DNA of 64,000 nt from Candidatus Methanomethylicia archaeon (GTDB lineage: Archaea; Thermoproteota; Methanomethylicia; Nezhaarchaeales; B40-G2), in the NCBI GenBank assembly GCA_029259155.1, contig JAPDJI010000006.1:24470-88469 (forward strand). Direction: 5' to 3'. Made by a program: the position numbers and the translations under genes. Positions 45,523 to 54,567 of the stretch are shown piece after piece (the stretch's first letter is position 1; each line of letters begins with the position of its first letter). The notes below the pieces were generated by a model. That model was not told where the DNA came from. It saw only the letters and a program-made list of their open reading frames with translations, and did no database searches.

Positions 45523-46203
45523 TTGAAGTATGAAGTAGTCGGTAAACCTGCCTACACAGCGTTAAAGGTAGTTTTGGATCCAGGAGAGGCTGTAACGGCT
45601 GAAGCTGGAGCCATGCTAGCTATGGAGGGGGACATAGCCATAGAGACCCGTACGGCAGGCGGCCTACTTAAAGGGCTACTGAGAAAGCTTGCTGTAGGGG
45701 AGACTTTATTCCTCAACACATTTAGGGCAGGTTCTAGAGGAGGCGCTGTTTGGTTAGCGCCGAGCGTCCCTGGAGACATCGCGTACTTCGAACTTAAAGG
45801 AGGAGGCCTAATAATACAGGATTATTCTTACCTTGCCCATTACGGCTCTGTGGACTATGAGTTGAGATGGAGAGGGTTAAGAGGGCTCTTGGCTGAGCCT
45901 GGAGCTGGGCTTATATGGCTAAGGGTTTATGGAGCTGGCGGGGTATGGATCAATAGTTACGGCGCCTTAGAGGTAAAAGAGCTGGGTCCAGGGGAAACCA
46001 TGACCGTTGATAACGGCCACCTCGTAGCTATGGAAGACACAGTAGACTTCTCCGTAGGAAAGTTTGGAGGATGGAAGAGCTTCATGCTCGGCGGTGAAGG
46101 CTTAGTGATTAACCTTAGAGGCCCGGGAAAGGTCTTCCTGCAAACTAGAACTCTCTCGGTCTTCGCTGAATTACTAAGTAGATTCTTGCCGAGACAACGC
46201 TAA
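45523..46203 (+). CDS. AIM24/TIGR00266 family protein (likely TTG start 45523)
   Basis: L.PGE.V.AEAGAM, GE.LF.N.F, VDNGHLVA, GGEGLV...GPG.V..QTR. Confidence 0.9.
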   Translation: MKYEVVGKPAYTALKVVLDPGEAVTAEAGAMLAMEGDIAIETRTAGGLLKGLLRKLAVGETLFLNTFRAGSRGGAVWLAPSVPGDIAYFELKGGGLIIQDYSYLAHYGSVDYELRWRGLRGLLAEPGAGLIWLRVYGAGGVWINSYGALEVKELGPGETMTVDNGHLVAMEDTVDFSVGKFGGWKSFMLGGEGLVINLRGPGKVFLQTRTLSVFAELLSRFLPRQR

Positions 46204-46219
46204 GCCCGGTGTATGTAGC

Positions 46220-47014
46220 ATGTCCACCCCCCTAACCATTGTTAAGCTGGGGGGCTCTGTCATAACACATAAAGAGCTTGAAGGCGTTGCTAACCAAGAG
46301 GTCATAGATAGACTAAGCCGGGAATTAGCAGAAGCTAGGCGAAGTAGCCTAAAACTCGTCGTTACTCATGGTGGGGGCTCATATCCCCACCCCGTGGCGG
46401 CGAGGTTTAGAGTTCATGAAGGCTACGGTGAAGGAGGGGAGGAAAAACTCATGGGTTATGCTTTAACTCAAGATGCAGCAGCGCGGATAAACAGGCTCAT
46501 AACATCGAGCCTCCTACGACACGGTGTACCAGCAGTTTCGATCCAGCCATCAGCCATAATGGTTTCCGAAGATGGCGAGGTCAAGGAATGCTACCTCAAC
46601 CCTCTACAGAGGATGTTGAAACTTGGCTTTGTCCCAGTGCTTTATGGCGATGCCGTAGTGGATACGAGGAAAGGTTTTACCATAGTTTCCGCCGAGGCAA
46701 TCATCAAGTCATTGTCCCCCTTACTTAAGCCAGAACGTATAGTGGTCTGCGTGGATGTCGATGGTGTGTACGATAGGTATCCTGGGGGCGACCTCATCGA
46801 TGTTATATGTAGCGATAATATAGAGAAGGTCAAGGTCGGTCTTGGGAATGCTAGAGGTTTTGATGTCACTGGAGGTATGCTTCATAAGGTATCGATGTTA
46901 TACTCGCTTGCTACTCAGGGGTATCCTTCTATCATAGTTAACGGCCTTAAACCGGGGCTTTTACTTAAAGCCTTAAAAGGAGAGAAATGTACAGGCACGT
47001 TGATAAAGAAATGA
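46220..47014 (+). CDS. Isopentenyl phosphate kinase
   Basis: KLGGSVIT.K, HGGGSY.H, PVLYGD, DVDGVY, DVTGGM..K. Confidence 0.9.
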   Translation: MSTPLTIVKLGGSVITHKELEGVANQEVIDRLSRELAEARRSSLKLVVTHGGGSYPHPVAARFRVHEGYGEGGEEKLMGYALTQDAAARINRLITSSLLRHGVPAVSIQPSAIMVSEDGEVKECYLNPLQRMLKLGFVPVLYGDAVVDTRKGFTIVSAEAIIKSLSPLLKPERIVVCVDVDGVYDRYPGGDLIDVICSDNIEKVKVGLGNARGFDVTGGMLHKVSMLYSLATQGYPSIIVNGLKPGLLLKALKGEKCTGTLIKK

Positions 47015-47167
47015 GGTAGCCCAGTTTTCGATGAGTGGTAACGAGAGTTATTGAGGTATGTAACCTTTATTTTACAAAAGTTTTAATTTTGCCACTGAAT
47101 GCCTAAAAACGCTGAAAGCTTAAAAACTAATCGTACTACATAAATCTACGCGGGAGGAAGCGAGAGG

Positions 47168-47503
47168 ATGGGTTCATTCACCGCAGAAGTCAAGGACTCA
47201 CCTGAGAACATCTTTGCAATGATACAGAGAACCATTGGTGCCAGCGGTTTCGAGATAAAGTCAGTGGTTCCTAACACGAGCATCATAGCTGAAGGAAAGC
47301 GTGAGTATAGGCTCTGGCTCCTCATACTATTAGTCTTAATCATGTGGCCTTTAGCATTAGTGTACTTCTTCACTAGACCGAAGAATACCATTAGTGTGAC
47401 GATTAGCCCTAAGAGAGAAGGTGAAGGCAGCGTCGTCACCATTTCAACTTCAGGTAAAAAAGCTGACGAGATACTCCAGATGCTTTCAACCTCTCTAAGA
47501 TAA
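47168..47503 (+). CDS. Small membrane protein, unknown function
   Basis: Central hydrophobic hairpin LWLLILLVLIMWPLALVYFF; own TATA-like box upstream. Confidence 0.7.
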   Translation: MGSFTAEVKDSPENIFAMIQRTIGASGFEIKSVVPNTSIIAEGKREYRLWLLILLVLIMWPLALVYFFTRPKNTISVTISPKREGEGSVVTISTSGKKADEILQMLSTSLR

Positions 47504-47542
47504 AGCTGATGACCACAACCTCATTCTTTTTGGTGCCTCGGT

Positions 47543-48124
47543 TTGCGAGCTATAGAGGTAGCGGTATCCATTCCAGCTGCGCTTATTGCTGGTTTACTCG
47601 CTGCTGTTTCGTCAGTCAATGGAGAACTCCTCCTCGCATTACAGATACCTATGACTACTCTCCTCTTAGTGCCTGTATATGTGGGAGGCGAGTTCAGCAT
47701 CCTATTGCTTGTTCTCATGTTTACCAGTATTTTGGTCCCGATTGTAGAAGAAACAGGTAAGGCCTTTGGCTACATCCTCCCCTTACTAGGTTTCAGGTCC
47801 AGGTTTAACCTTTCCTTCGCTTTTCTGCTGGGAGCTCTTTCAGGCTTCTCCTTCGGAGTGATCGAGAATTTTATCTACGCTAATGCCCTTTCTGGCCTAT
47901 CGCCAGAGAAGTATGCAGCGATTATGTGGTTTAGATGGATAGCCTGTTTACCTCTACACATGATCAGTACAGGGGTTGGCTGTCTCTGTTTGGCCTACAT
48001 TCTCGAGAAGCTTGGTTTAAGGGAGCCTAACGCCTTGGCCTTGTTCATGGGACTTATGCCAGCCTATGTAATACACGGCACCTATAACCTAATAGTTTCG
48101 CTTTTCCCACCTGTAGGGTTTTAA
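47543..48124 (+). CDS. PrsW-family intramembrane glutamic protease
   Basis: PIVEETGK, GFSFGVIEN, PLH, HGTYN. Confidence 0.88.
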   Translation: MRAIEVAVSIPAALIAGLLAAVSSVNGELLLALQIPMTTLLLVPVYVGGEFSILLLVLMFTSILVPIVEETGKAFGYILPLLGFRSRFNLSFAFLLGALSGFSFGVIENFIYANALSGLSPEKYAAIMWFRWIACLPLHMISTGVGCLCLAYILEKLGLREPNALALFMGLMPAYVIHGTYNLIVSLFPPVGF

Positions 48125-48164
48125 GGTTAAATAGATGCTTAAAGAAGGTCTTAGATGATTCTCG

Positions 48165-48788
48165 ATGGCTGTTTCCTTAGACGAAATAGCTAGGCAAGTG
48201 GAAGCATGCCGTAAGTGTGGTCTATGGAAGTCTAGGACTCGCCCTGTTGTGGGTGAGGGCAGTTTAGATCCTAAGATCATGTTCATAGGAGAGGCTCCTG
48301 GTAGGAACGAGGATCTTCAAGGAAGACCTTTCATTGGAGCTGCAGGTAAACTGCTGACAGAGCTTCTTAGAGGTATAGGGTTGACGAGGGATGACGTTTA
48401 CATAACCAATGTGCTTAAATGTAGACCTCCGGGTAACCGTGATCCTCTTCCAGAGGAAGTAGAAGCCTGTACTCCTTACTTAGACGAACAAGTTAAGTTG
48501 CTGAGGCCTAGGATCATAGTTACCTTAGGGAGATTTTCCACCTTCTACGCCTTTTCTAGAGCCGGTTTAACTTTCACGAGCATGGTCAAGGTTAGAGGGA
48601 AAATCTTCAAGAGCCAACTACTAGGCTTAAGGGTATCCTTGATGCCCACATATCATCCAGCAGCAGCCCTCTATTACCCCAAGTTAAAGGAGCCCTTGAT
48701 AAAGGACTTCGAGAAGCTAAAGAAGGAGCTTGAAGGTTTAGATAGCGTAGATGAGAGTAGAACTATCAGTTTGAGCGACTTCATGTAA
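48165..48788 (+). CDS. udg: Family 4 uracil-DNA glycosylase
   Basis: CRKC, GEAPG..ED.QGRPF.G, TNVLKCRPP.NRDP, YHPAA; C-terminal PIP-like ISLSDF. Confidence 0.95.
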   Translation: MAVSLDEIARQVEACRKCGLWKSRTRPVVGEGSLDPKIMFIGEAPGRNEDLQGRPFIGAAGKLLTELLRGIGLTRDDVYITNVLKCRPPGNRDPLPEEVEACTPYLDEQVKLLRPRIIVTLGRFSTFYAFSRAGLTFTSMVKVRGKIFKSQLLGLRVSLMPTYHPAAALYYPKLKEPLIKDFEKLKKELEGLDSVDESRTISLSDFM

Positions 48789-49004
48789 CCTCCTTTGAAC
48801 CATGACATGGCGGGTCCTCAACGTTCAGACTTGATGGACATTGCCGGGAACTCAGCATCCAGAGATTAGTGGCCTCCATGGGTTATGGGCTTAGAGGGAA
48901 AGATTGAAACCTCTTCCTCGAAGTTTGTCGCTGTGGTTAAAGCGTTGTTGTGGCTTATTGCCAAGCTGTTAACAAGATAAAAGGCTTTTCATCTTGCGCG
49001 AGCA

Positions 49005-49229
49005 TTAAGCTTCGATCAGAGTTTCGCTACTCCTAACGCCCTCGATCGAGTTTATCTTAGCTGTGAGGCTGGAGACCTTGGCTGAATCCTCTGCCTCCAA
49101 GAAGCAAACTATATCAAACCTTCCGTAAGTGAAGTAGGCTTTCTTTACCTCAGGCAGCTCTAAGATGGACTTTAAGATGTTATCCATCCTGGTCGGCACG
49201 GCTTTGATTAGTACGCAGGCCTTAACCAT
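49005..49229 (-). CDS. Stand-alone Lrp/AsnC ligand-binding (RAM) domain protein
   Basis: KA.VLI, YGRFDIV, I..IEGV..SETLI; no HTH. Confidence 0.88.
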   Translation of the reverse strand: MVKACVLIKAVPTRMDNILKSILELPEVKKAYFTYGRFDIVCFLEAEDSAKVSSLTAKINSIEGVRSSETLIEA

Positions 49230-49232
49230 GCT

Positions 49233-49469
49233 TCACCCTCCTGTCTTTATCTCTACGAGCGTTTCAGTAAAGACTATACCTGCTAGCCTACCTATTCTTA
49301 ACACTACGTTGCTCAAGGTGTTGAAGTCAGGAGCCTCTATATCGGCTACTACATCATATCTACCAAGTACAGTGAACGCGTCCTTAACCTCCTTGAACTG
49401 CCTTACGCGCTCGGCAGCCTCCTTAAACCTACCCCTCTCGCTTCTAATTAACATGCAAGCCCTTATCAT
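49233..49469 (-). CDS. Stand-alone Lrp/AsnC ligand-binding (RAM) domain protein (start ATG 49469)
   Basis: MIRACMLI, LGRYDVV, GIVFTETLV; no HTH. Confidence 0.88.
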   Translation of the reverse strand: MIRACMLIRSERGRFKEAAERVRQFKEVKDAFTVLGRYDVVADIEAPDFNTLSNVVLRIGRLAGIVFTETLVEIKTGG

Positions 49470-49624
49470 TAAGCAGCACCCCATTAAGACAGTGCTGAGG
49501 CATCTTATAACGTTAATCCACTCACATCCTTTGTTCATAAAGCTTCATCGATCAAATACCTCTACAGCTACCATGAATGCTTTCAGATCTTGCTTGGAGC
49601 ATTTAGGATCCATTATAGGAGTCT

Positions 49625-50662
49625 TCAAGCCTCATTCGTGCTAAGCTTAAACGCTAAAGCTCTCCAAAGCTCCTCCTCCACGGGCTTAGAGAGATCCTCG
49701 AATACACCATTAGGCTTAACTAACCACAACCCCTCCTTAGCCTCCACCACCTCACCTACCACAGCTGCCTCAACACCTACCTTCCTAACCGCCTCTAATA
49801 CCTCTCTTAAGCTCCCAGGCTTGACTGTCATCACAAGGCTTCCCGAACTTATAGTCCGGAGGGGGTCTATTCTCAACACGTCGCAGAGCTTCTTGGTTGT
49901 TGGATCTACGGGGACCTTCTCCTCGTACACCTTCACCCCCACCTTGGAAGCCCACGCTAGCTCCTGGATAGCTCCTAAAACTCCTCCTTCAGTGGCGTCA
50001 TGCATAGCTGTTACCCCTCCTGTGTCCATCACTGCCTTGGCCTCTGGAACTACGCTTATCTCCCATATCATCGACTCCAGCCTACGCTTTTCCTCCTCGC
50101 TTAAAATAGGCGTGAGTTCTTTTCTCAACTCACCGACGAGGATGGCAGAGCCCTCAACACAGGCTCCTTTCGTAACTACGAGCAAGTCCCCAGGCCTAGC
50201 CCCGCTTGAGGTAACGTATTTATTCTTGGGTGCTTCGCCCATGGCTGCCACCACCATTAACGTCCTCGATAGGCCCGCCACTACTTCGCTGTGTCCTCCG
50301 ACCACTGCTACACCAAGCCTTTTTGCAGCCTCATCTATCTGCTTAGCTAGCTTGTCTACCTCCTCTGCCTCAGCTCCTTCGTGTAACAGGATGGTTACCA
50401 TGATCCATAAGGGCGTCGCACCCTTAGCTGCAACATCATTAATAGCTACGTTGACCGCCAGCCACCCTAGGTTTTCAATAGCTCCGGTAATGGGGTCGAT
50501 ATGAGTAACTAGGACGCGGTCGCCCATATCGATGACGGCGGCATCTTCTCCTATAGCTGGACTAACCAATACCCTGTCGCTATGAGCTCCAAGCCTATGA
50601 AGTATAAGCTCCTTTAACAATTTAGGTGGGATCTTTCCGTAGGGAGGAAGCTTTAATGACAT
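49625..50662 (-). CDS. AIR synthase-related (HypE-like) protein
   Basis: GKIP, GEDAA, DPITGA, NDVA..GA.P, GGHSE, MHDATEGG, ISSGSL. Confidence 0.9.
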   Translation of the reverse strand: MSLKLPPYGKIPPKLLKELILHRLGAHSDRVLVSPAIGEDAAVIDMGDRVLVTHIDPITGAIENLGWLAVNVAINDVAAKGATPLWIMVTILLHEGAEAEEVDKLAKQIDEAAKRLGVAVVGGHSEVVAGLSRTLMVVAAMGEAPKNKYVTSSGARPGDLLVVTKGACVEGSAILVGELRKELTPILSEEEKRRLESMIWEISVVPEAKAVMDTGGVTAMHDATEGGVLGAIQELAWASKVGVKVYEEKVPVDPTTKKLCDVLRIDPLRTISSGSLVMTVKPGSLREVLEAVRKVGVEAAVVGEVVEAKEGLWLVKPNGVFEDLSKPVEEELWRALAFKLSTNEA

Positions 50663-50730
50663 GTTAGCCGCAACCTTTTTACCTCTACCTTTTAAGCTAA
50701 GGTTCTATTAAGTATTGAGGTACGAAAAGG

Positions 50731-51645
50731 ATGAAAAGCGAAGAAGAGCTTTACAAGGTTTACCAGGCTCTTGGTAATCCTCAGCGACGTAAAATAATCT
50801 ATCTTCTAGGTAGCCGAGGACCTCTTTCCTTCTCTGAGCTTAAAAAGAGCCTCAATATAAGTGTCGGAGCTCTCTACTACAATATAGATCAGCTAGGCGA
50901 CCTCATATTACAGGCACCGGATAAACGCTATGCTCTTACAAGTAAAGGAATGGCAGTCTTCAATTTAATGAAGAGCGAGGAAGACCTGCTTGAAGCAGTG
51001 AAGACCGGTTCAACCATACCTTCATGGGCTTGGAGCGTATACAACGGGGTGCGCCAACTATTCTTCCCAAGAGAGATCCTAAGCATCCTCTACGCTAAAC
51101 CTAAACTAGGACTTATAACCGCCTTGGCGGTCATGGTTATTGGAGCACTGGTCTGCTCCTTGACGGGTACCGACGTGTTCCTGACCTATATCAGAACGGG
51201 GTTTAGGGGGTCCTTTGCCATACCTGAGCTGAACCTCTATGTCAGGACCGATCCCAGGCTTTTCTCAGCGGTCACTTTCATTGCTACCTGGTTTATCTTC
51301 TCAATCATACCCTACACCGTGGTGAGCGCGTTGAAGTGGGAGTGGGACTGGAATAAGCTTAGCCGCTTCTTGGAAGGCTCGGCGGTAAGCATGCTTCCTG
51401 CAGCGATATACGTTGTGATTCATAGCGCTGTTATGAGTACTGGAATCACGGGCTACGCTACTTTCGCGTCGCTGGGTGCACTTTTCGGCATACTTTGGGC
51501 TCTCATGATAGGTTCTATAGCTGCTAGCCTCAGCATAGTTAAGCGCATCAGCGGCTCTAAAGCCTTGATAATAATGGTCATAGTCGCCTACCTTTGCATG
51601 ACCGCGCAGCAAGCCCTCATCGTTAAGTGGTTCGCAACTCCTTGA
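50731..51645 (+). CDS. ArsR-type wHTH fused to multi-TM (Yip1-like) domain
   Basis: ALGNPQRRKII..L...LSFSEL...G.LYY...YALT.KG, then about 5 TM helices. Confidence 0.8.
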   Translation: MKSEEELYKVYQALGNPQRRKIIYLLGSRGPLSFSELKKSLNISVGALYYNIDQLGDLILQAPDKRYALTSKGMAVFNLMKSEEDLLEAVKTGSTIPSWAWSVYNGVRQLFFPREILSILYAKPKLGLITALAVMVIGALVCSLTGTDVFLTYIRTGFRGSFAIPELNLYVRTDPRLFSAVTFIATWFIFSIIPYTVVSALKWEWDWNKLSRFLEGSAVSMLPAAIYVVIHSAVMSTGITGYATFASLGALFGILWALMIGSIAASLSIVKRISGSKALIIMVIVAYLCMTAQQALIVKWFATP

Positions 51646-51681
51646 TCGATGAGGGGATAGAGCTTTCGCATAGGACGTAGG

Positions 51682-53313
51682 CTATAATCTACGGGGAGCT
51701 GCAGCCTTAGTCGTCAAACCAAGTTCTACGCTGAGCTCTTCCTTAATGAGGTCTTCGTAGGCATGTATCTTTACGGGAACCGCGAACTTGATACCTGAAG
51801 GAGGAGAAACCACCAAAGCCTCCCCCCTATCCAGCGACTTAATCTCCTGCCCCGCCCTCTCCAAGAAGGGGCTATATTGAATAACCTTAGAGTAGTCAGG
51901 TTTCGTGGGCAGCGGTAGTATGATCTTGGTGAGCTGCTGCCTTATGATAGGTTCGTCGAGTTCACCCGGCATCTGAGTGATGCAACACAGTCCAACCCTG
52001 TACTTCCTACCTCTCTTACTGATGACCGAGAACACGTTTTCTCTCCTCCCTCCTCCTTCTTGGAGGGCTGCCTTGGAGAGGTATCGATGGGCCTCCTCGA
52101 CCATGATCAGCGCGGTGGGGAGCATGGACCATTCCTCGATGGCCTCCTTCCTCAGAGCCTCATAGTAAGTAAACACTCTCCTGGTTACTACCACGTTAAG
52201 CAGCTTCTCTTGTTCTTCAGATGCGCTCGGCATATCGATGAGCACGACCTTACCCCTCGAGACGGCGTTAATCAACGCCCTGACTAAGTCGGTGGAGCAG
52301 CCATTAGGCTTAAACACTGCTTGGTCGCCGAGCATCCTACGCAACTTCCGCTTCGTAACAGCTATGGTCACCTTCTGCACTTTCTTACCTAAGTCTCTGT
52401 AGAGCCATTCGGCATCCACCTCCATCAACCGGTTAAGCCACTTATCTCCATACCAGTTCCATGCCAACCATAACAGCGACTCCTGTGGAGGCGTAAACTC
52501 ACCTGTCTGGCAGAAGTCCTCTGGGTGGAGCTGGCTCCATGAAAGCTCCAAGGGGTGGGCAGCTATGCTACGTGAAAGCTTATGTCCATTATACCTAAAA
52601 TTAAACTCCACTCTACAGACCGCTGAGACCTTGTTGGTTACGTAGAGTAGCCTTGAAGGAGCATAAGTGGAATGAGCTAAACCCATGTGGTCGTGATCTC
52701 CACCGTTAAAGTACTCGCTCTCAGTGTCTATTACTATGAGGCTGTAGTTGCCTTGGGGGTTCCTCATCACGTTCCATGCCAGCACCTTACCGAAGTTGGT
52801 CTTACCTCCTCCTGTTATAGAGCATACAAGCAAATGGTGTGGGAAGGCTTTGAACCCTACAAGCGTAACTTTGCAGGCAGCTGCTCGATGTCCAACTCTC
52901 ACGTACCCTATATCCACGTCTCCAACGTCTAGGTTAAGTTGAGCTAAGTCATAGCTATCTAAATCTTCAACGACGCTGAAAAGCTTAGGAGAGCCTGTTG
53001 GACCGTGGCACACGCCGTCTTCATCTAGCTGAGCTACCAATGAAGCAAGGGCGGTATCATAGTACCTTAAAGGACCATCGAAGAGCTCAAGGCTCTCCCC
53101 CATCCCTCTCCTATGTGAGATCCTAGCGATTTCAGCTGGCGTAAAAAGAGCTTCAGGTTTGAACCCATACACCCTGGCGATGTACCTTACATGGTTATCC
53201 TCTATCTTAACAAGCTGTCCTCTCTCTACCCTAGCCCCTTCATTGACCCTAAACTTCACAGATAAGCCTTCAACCCACACCACCACACCAAGCTTCAAAA
53301 CATGGACCCCCAC
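51682..53313 (-). CDS. HerA/FtsK-superfamily ATPase
   Basis: N-terminal HAS-barrel-like region, Walker A SITGGGKT, Walker B IMVEEAH, KRGRKY, ITQMP.ELD. Confidence 0.88.
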   Translation of the reverse strand: MGVHVLKLGVVVWVEGLSVKFRVNEGARVERGQLVKIEDNHVRYIARVYGFKPEALFTPAEIARISHRRGMGESLELFDGPLRYYDTALASLVAQLDEDGVCHGPTGSPKLFSVVEDLDSYDLAQLNLDVGDVDIGYVRVGHRAAACKVTLVGFKAFPHHLLVCSITGGGKTNFGKVLAWNVMRNPQGNYSLIVIDTESEYFNGGDHDHMGLAHSTYAPSRLLYVTNKVSAVCRVEFNFRYNGHKLSRSIAAHPLELSWSQLHPEDFCQTGEFTPPQESLLWLAWNWYGDKWLNRLMEVDAEWLYRDLGKKVQKVTIAVTKRKLRRMLGDQAVFKPNGCSTDLVRALINAVSRGKVVLIDMPSASEEQEKLLNVVVTRRVFTYYEALRKEAIEEWSMLPTALIMVEEAHRYLSKAALQEGGGRRENVFSVISKRGRKYRVGLCCITQMPGELDEPIIRQQLTKIILPLPTKPDYSKVIQYSPFLERAGQEIKSLDRGEALVVSPPSGIKFAVPVKIHAYEDLIKEELSVELGLTTKAAAPRRL

Positions 53314-54329
53314 AAGGCTTCTTCCTTGAAGCTAGCTGCCCTAACGTTAGCTAGGAAGCGCTCAGCCAGCCCCTTCCTCTTAAGCTGTTCAAGGAGCAGC
53401 GCTCTATCTACTTCAGCCTCATACCTGGTTATCTTAGCCTCTTCGTGTACTCCACGGATAGGATGAGGGTAACCAGGCGTAGCAGCGTCTTGTAGAAGTG
53501 CCAATTCACCTAAGAAGAACTCTAGGTCACCCTCCTTCAACGCCTTCCTGCTTACGTCCACCCTAAACGCGTGATCAGCCTCACCATCAAACTTAACAGC
53601 GCAAGGCTCCCCAACATACCAGGAAGGATATTGTTGAAGCTTAAAGAGCGGGTAGTACCACCAGGCGCATCCCTTCAACACTAAGCTACCTCTATAATTA
53701 AGGTATCCTAACAGCGGCTCACCCGTGTTCAGCTTCATTTTAGAAGCCTTACATACGCCCATAACCACCACTTTCCTATCGCTAAGCTCCTTATCGAACC
53801 TCTCCATGAGTTTACGGGTCTCCTCTTTGAGGGCAGGCACCGCCATTAGAGGCCTATCCAGTACGCAGTAATCTCCCTCCTTTAACAGCTCCGCTACTCT
53901 CCAAGCCTCCTCCAACTCAGCCTTCAGGAGCAGTTCCTCAGCCTCCACTCTCTTCGACACTACCGCGAAGCGTTTACGAGGCGTAAACCTCCTAGCTAAC
54001 GATCTCCACCTCCACACCGCAGCCACTGTCTTGACAGCGATTATCTTGAAGCTCCCGCAGTCAAACAACACCTTCAACGACGCGTCCACTGAGAGGAAGC
54101 GTTTCCTATTAGGGATAGGCTTAAGCTCCCGAAATCTACGGTCATCGATGGGAGGCCCCCTAATCACTCTGCCTCCAACCGACAAGACTGGGTAGGGGAG
54201 GCTAACTATTTCCCCTGTCAGCGTGACCTCCATCCATCCCTTTGAGGAATAAAGCTCTTCAAGCCTCTCCATGACCTCGCCTACGCTGGCGAGGAGCTGA
54301 GAGGCATTAAGTAACCTCAAGGAAAGCAC
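53295..54329 (-). CDS. NurA-family nuclease
   Basis: SVDAS, VLDRPL, GVCKAS, FRVD, GYPHPIRGVHEEAKI; overlaps herA start. Confidence 0.8.
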   Translation of the reverse strand: MLSLRLLNASQLLASVGEVMERLEELYSSKGWMEVTLTGEIVSLPYPVLSVGGRVIRGPPIDDRRFRELKPIPNRKRFLSVDASLKVLFDCGSFKIIAVKTVAAVWRWRSLARRFTPRKRFAVVSKRVEAEELLLKAELEEAWRVAELLKEGDYCVLDRPLMAVPALKEETRKLMERFDKELSDRKVVVMGVCKASKMKLNTGEPLLGYLNYRGSLVLKGCAWWYYPLFKLQQYPSWYVGEPCAVKFDGEADHAFRVDVSRKALKEGDLEFFLGELALLQDAATPGYPHPIRGVHEEAKITRYEAEVDRALLLEQLKRKGLAERFLANVRAASFKEEALWGSMF

Positions 54330-54517
54330 CTAGCTTGAAGGCCTTCCAAGCTTATTAAGCATGGCGATAGACTCACGTAATGTCCCACGGTAATTCTTTA
54401 ATCAAACAGGCTCTTGACCTCCTTCACCGTCAAGGATATAGCGAAACTGTAGTTACAGGCTGATGAATATGCTAAAAAAACAGCCACAATTAACGTAGCC
54501 TCATGAATAGTAACAAA

Positions 54518-54548
54518 ACATATATAACTGGAAACGTTCTATATATGT
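54518..54548. promoter_or_regulatory. Perfect inverted repeat ACATATATA-N13-TATATATGT (operator or back-to-back TATA boxes)
   Basis: Directly visible, ending 19 bp upstream of the CARF-wHTH start. Confidence 0.5.
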
Positions 54549-54567
54549 CCGTAGCAGGGGATAATTA

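Noticed and set aside
49590-50504. 304-aa plus-strand ORF and many other Ser/Thr/Pro-rich antisense ORFs (e.g. 480-770, 15853-16317, 25236-25658, 36085-36498, 42373-42846)
   Set aside because: Shadow frames antisense to well-supported genes, with no motifs
42330-53313. Sir2-HerA antiphage system
   Set aside because: The sirtuin is a canonical CobB-type deacylase 8.5 kb away in the ilv run, not a SIR2_2 effector adjacent to herA
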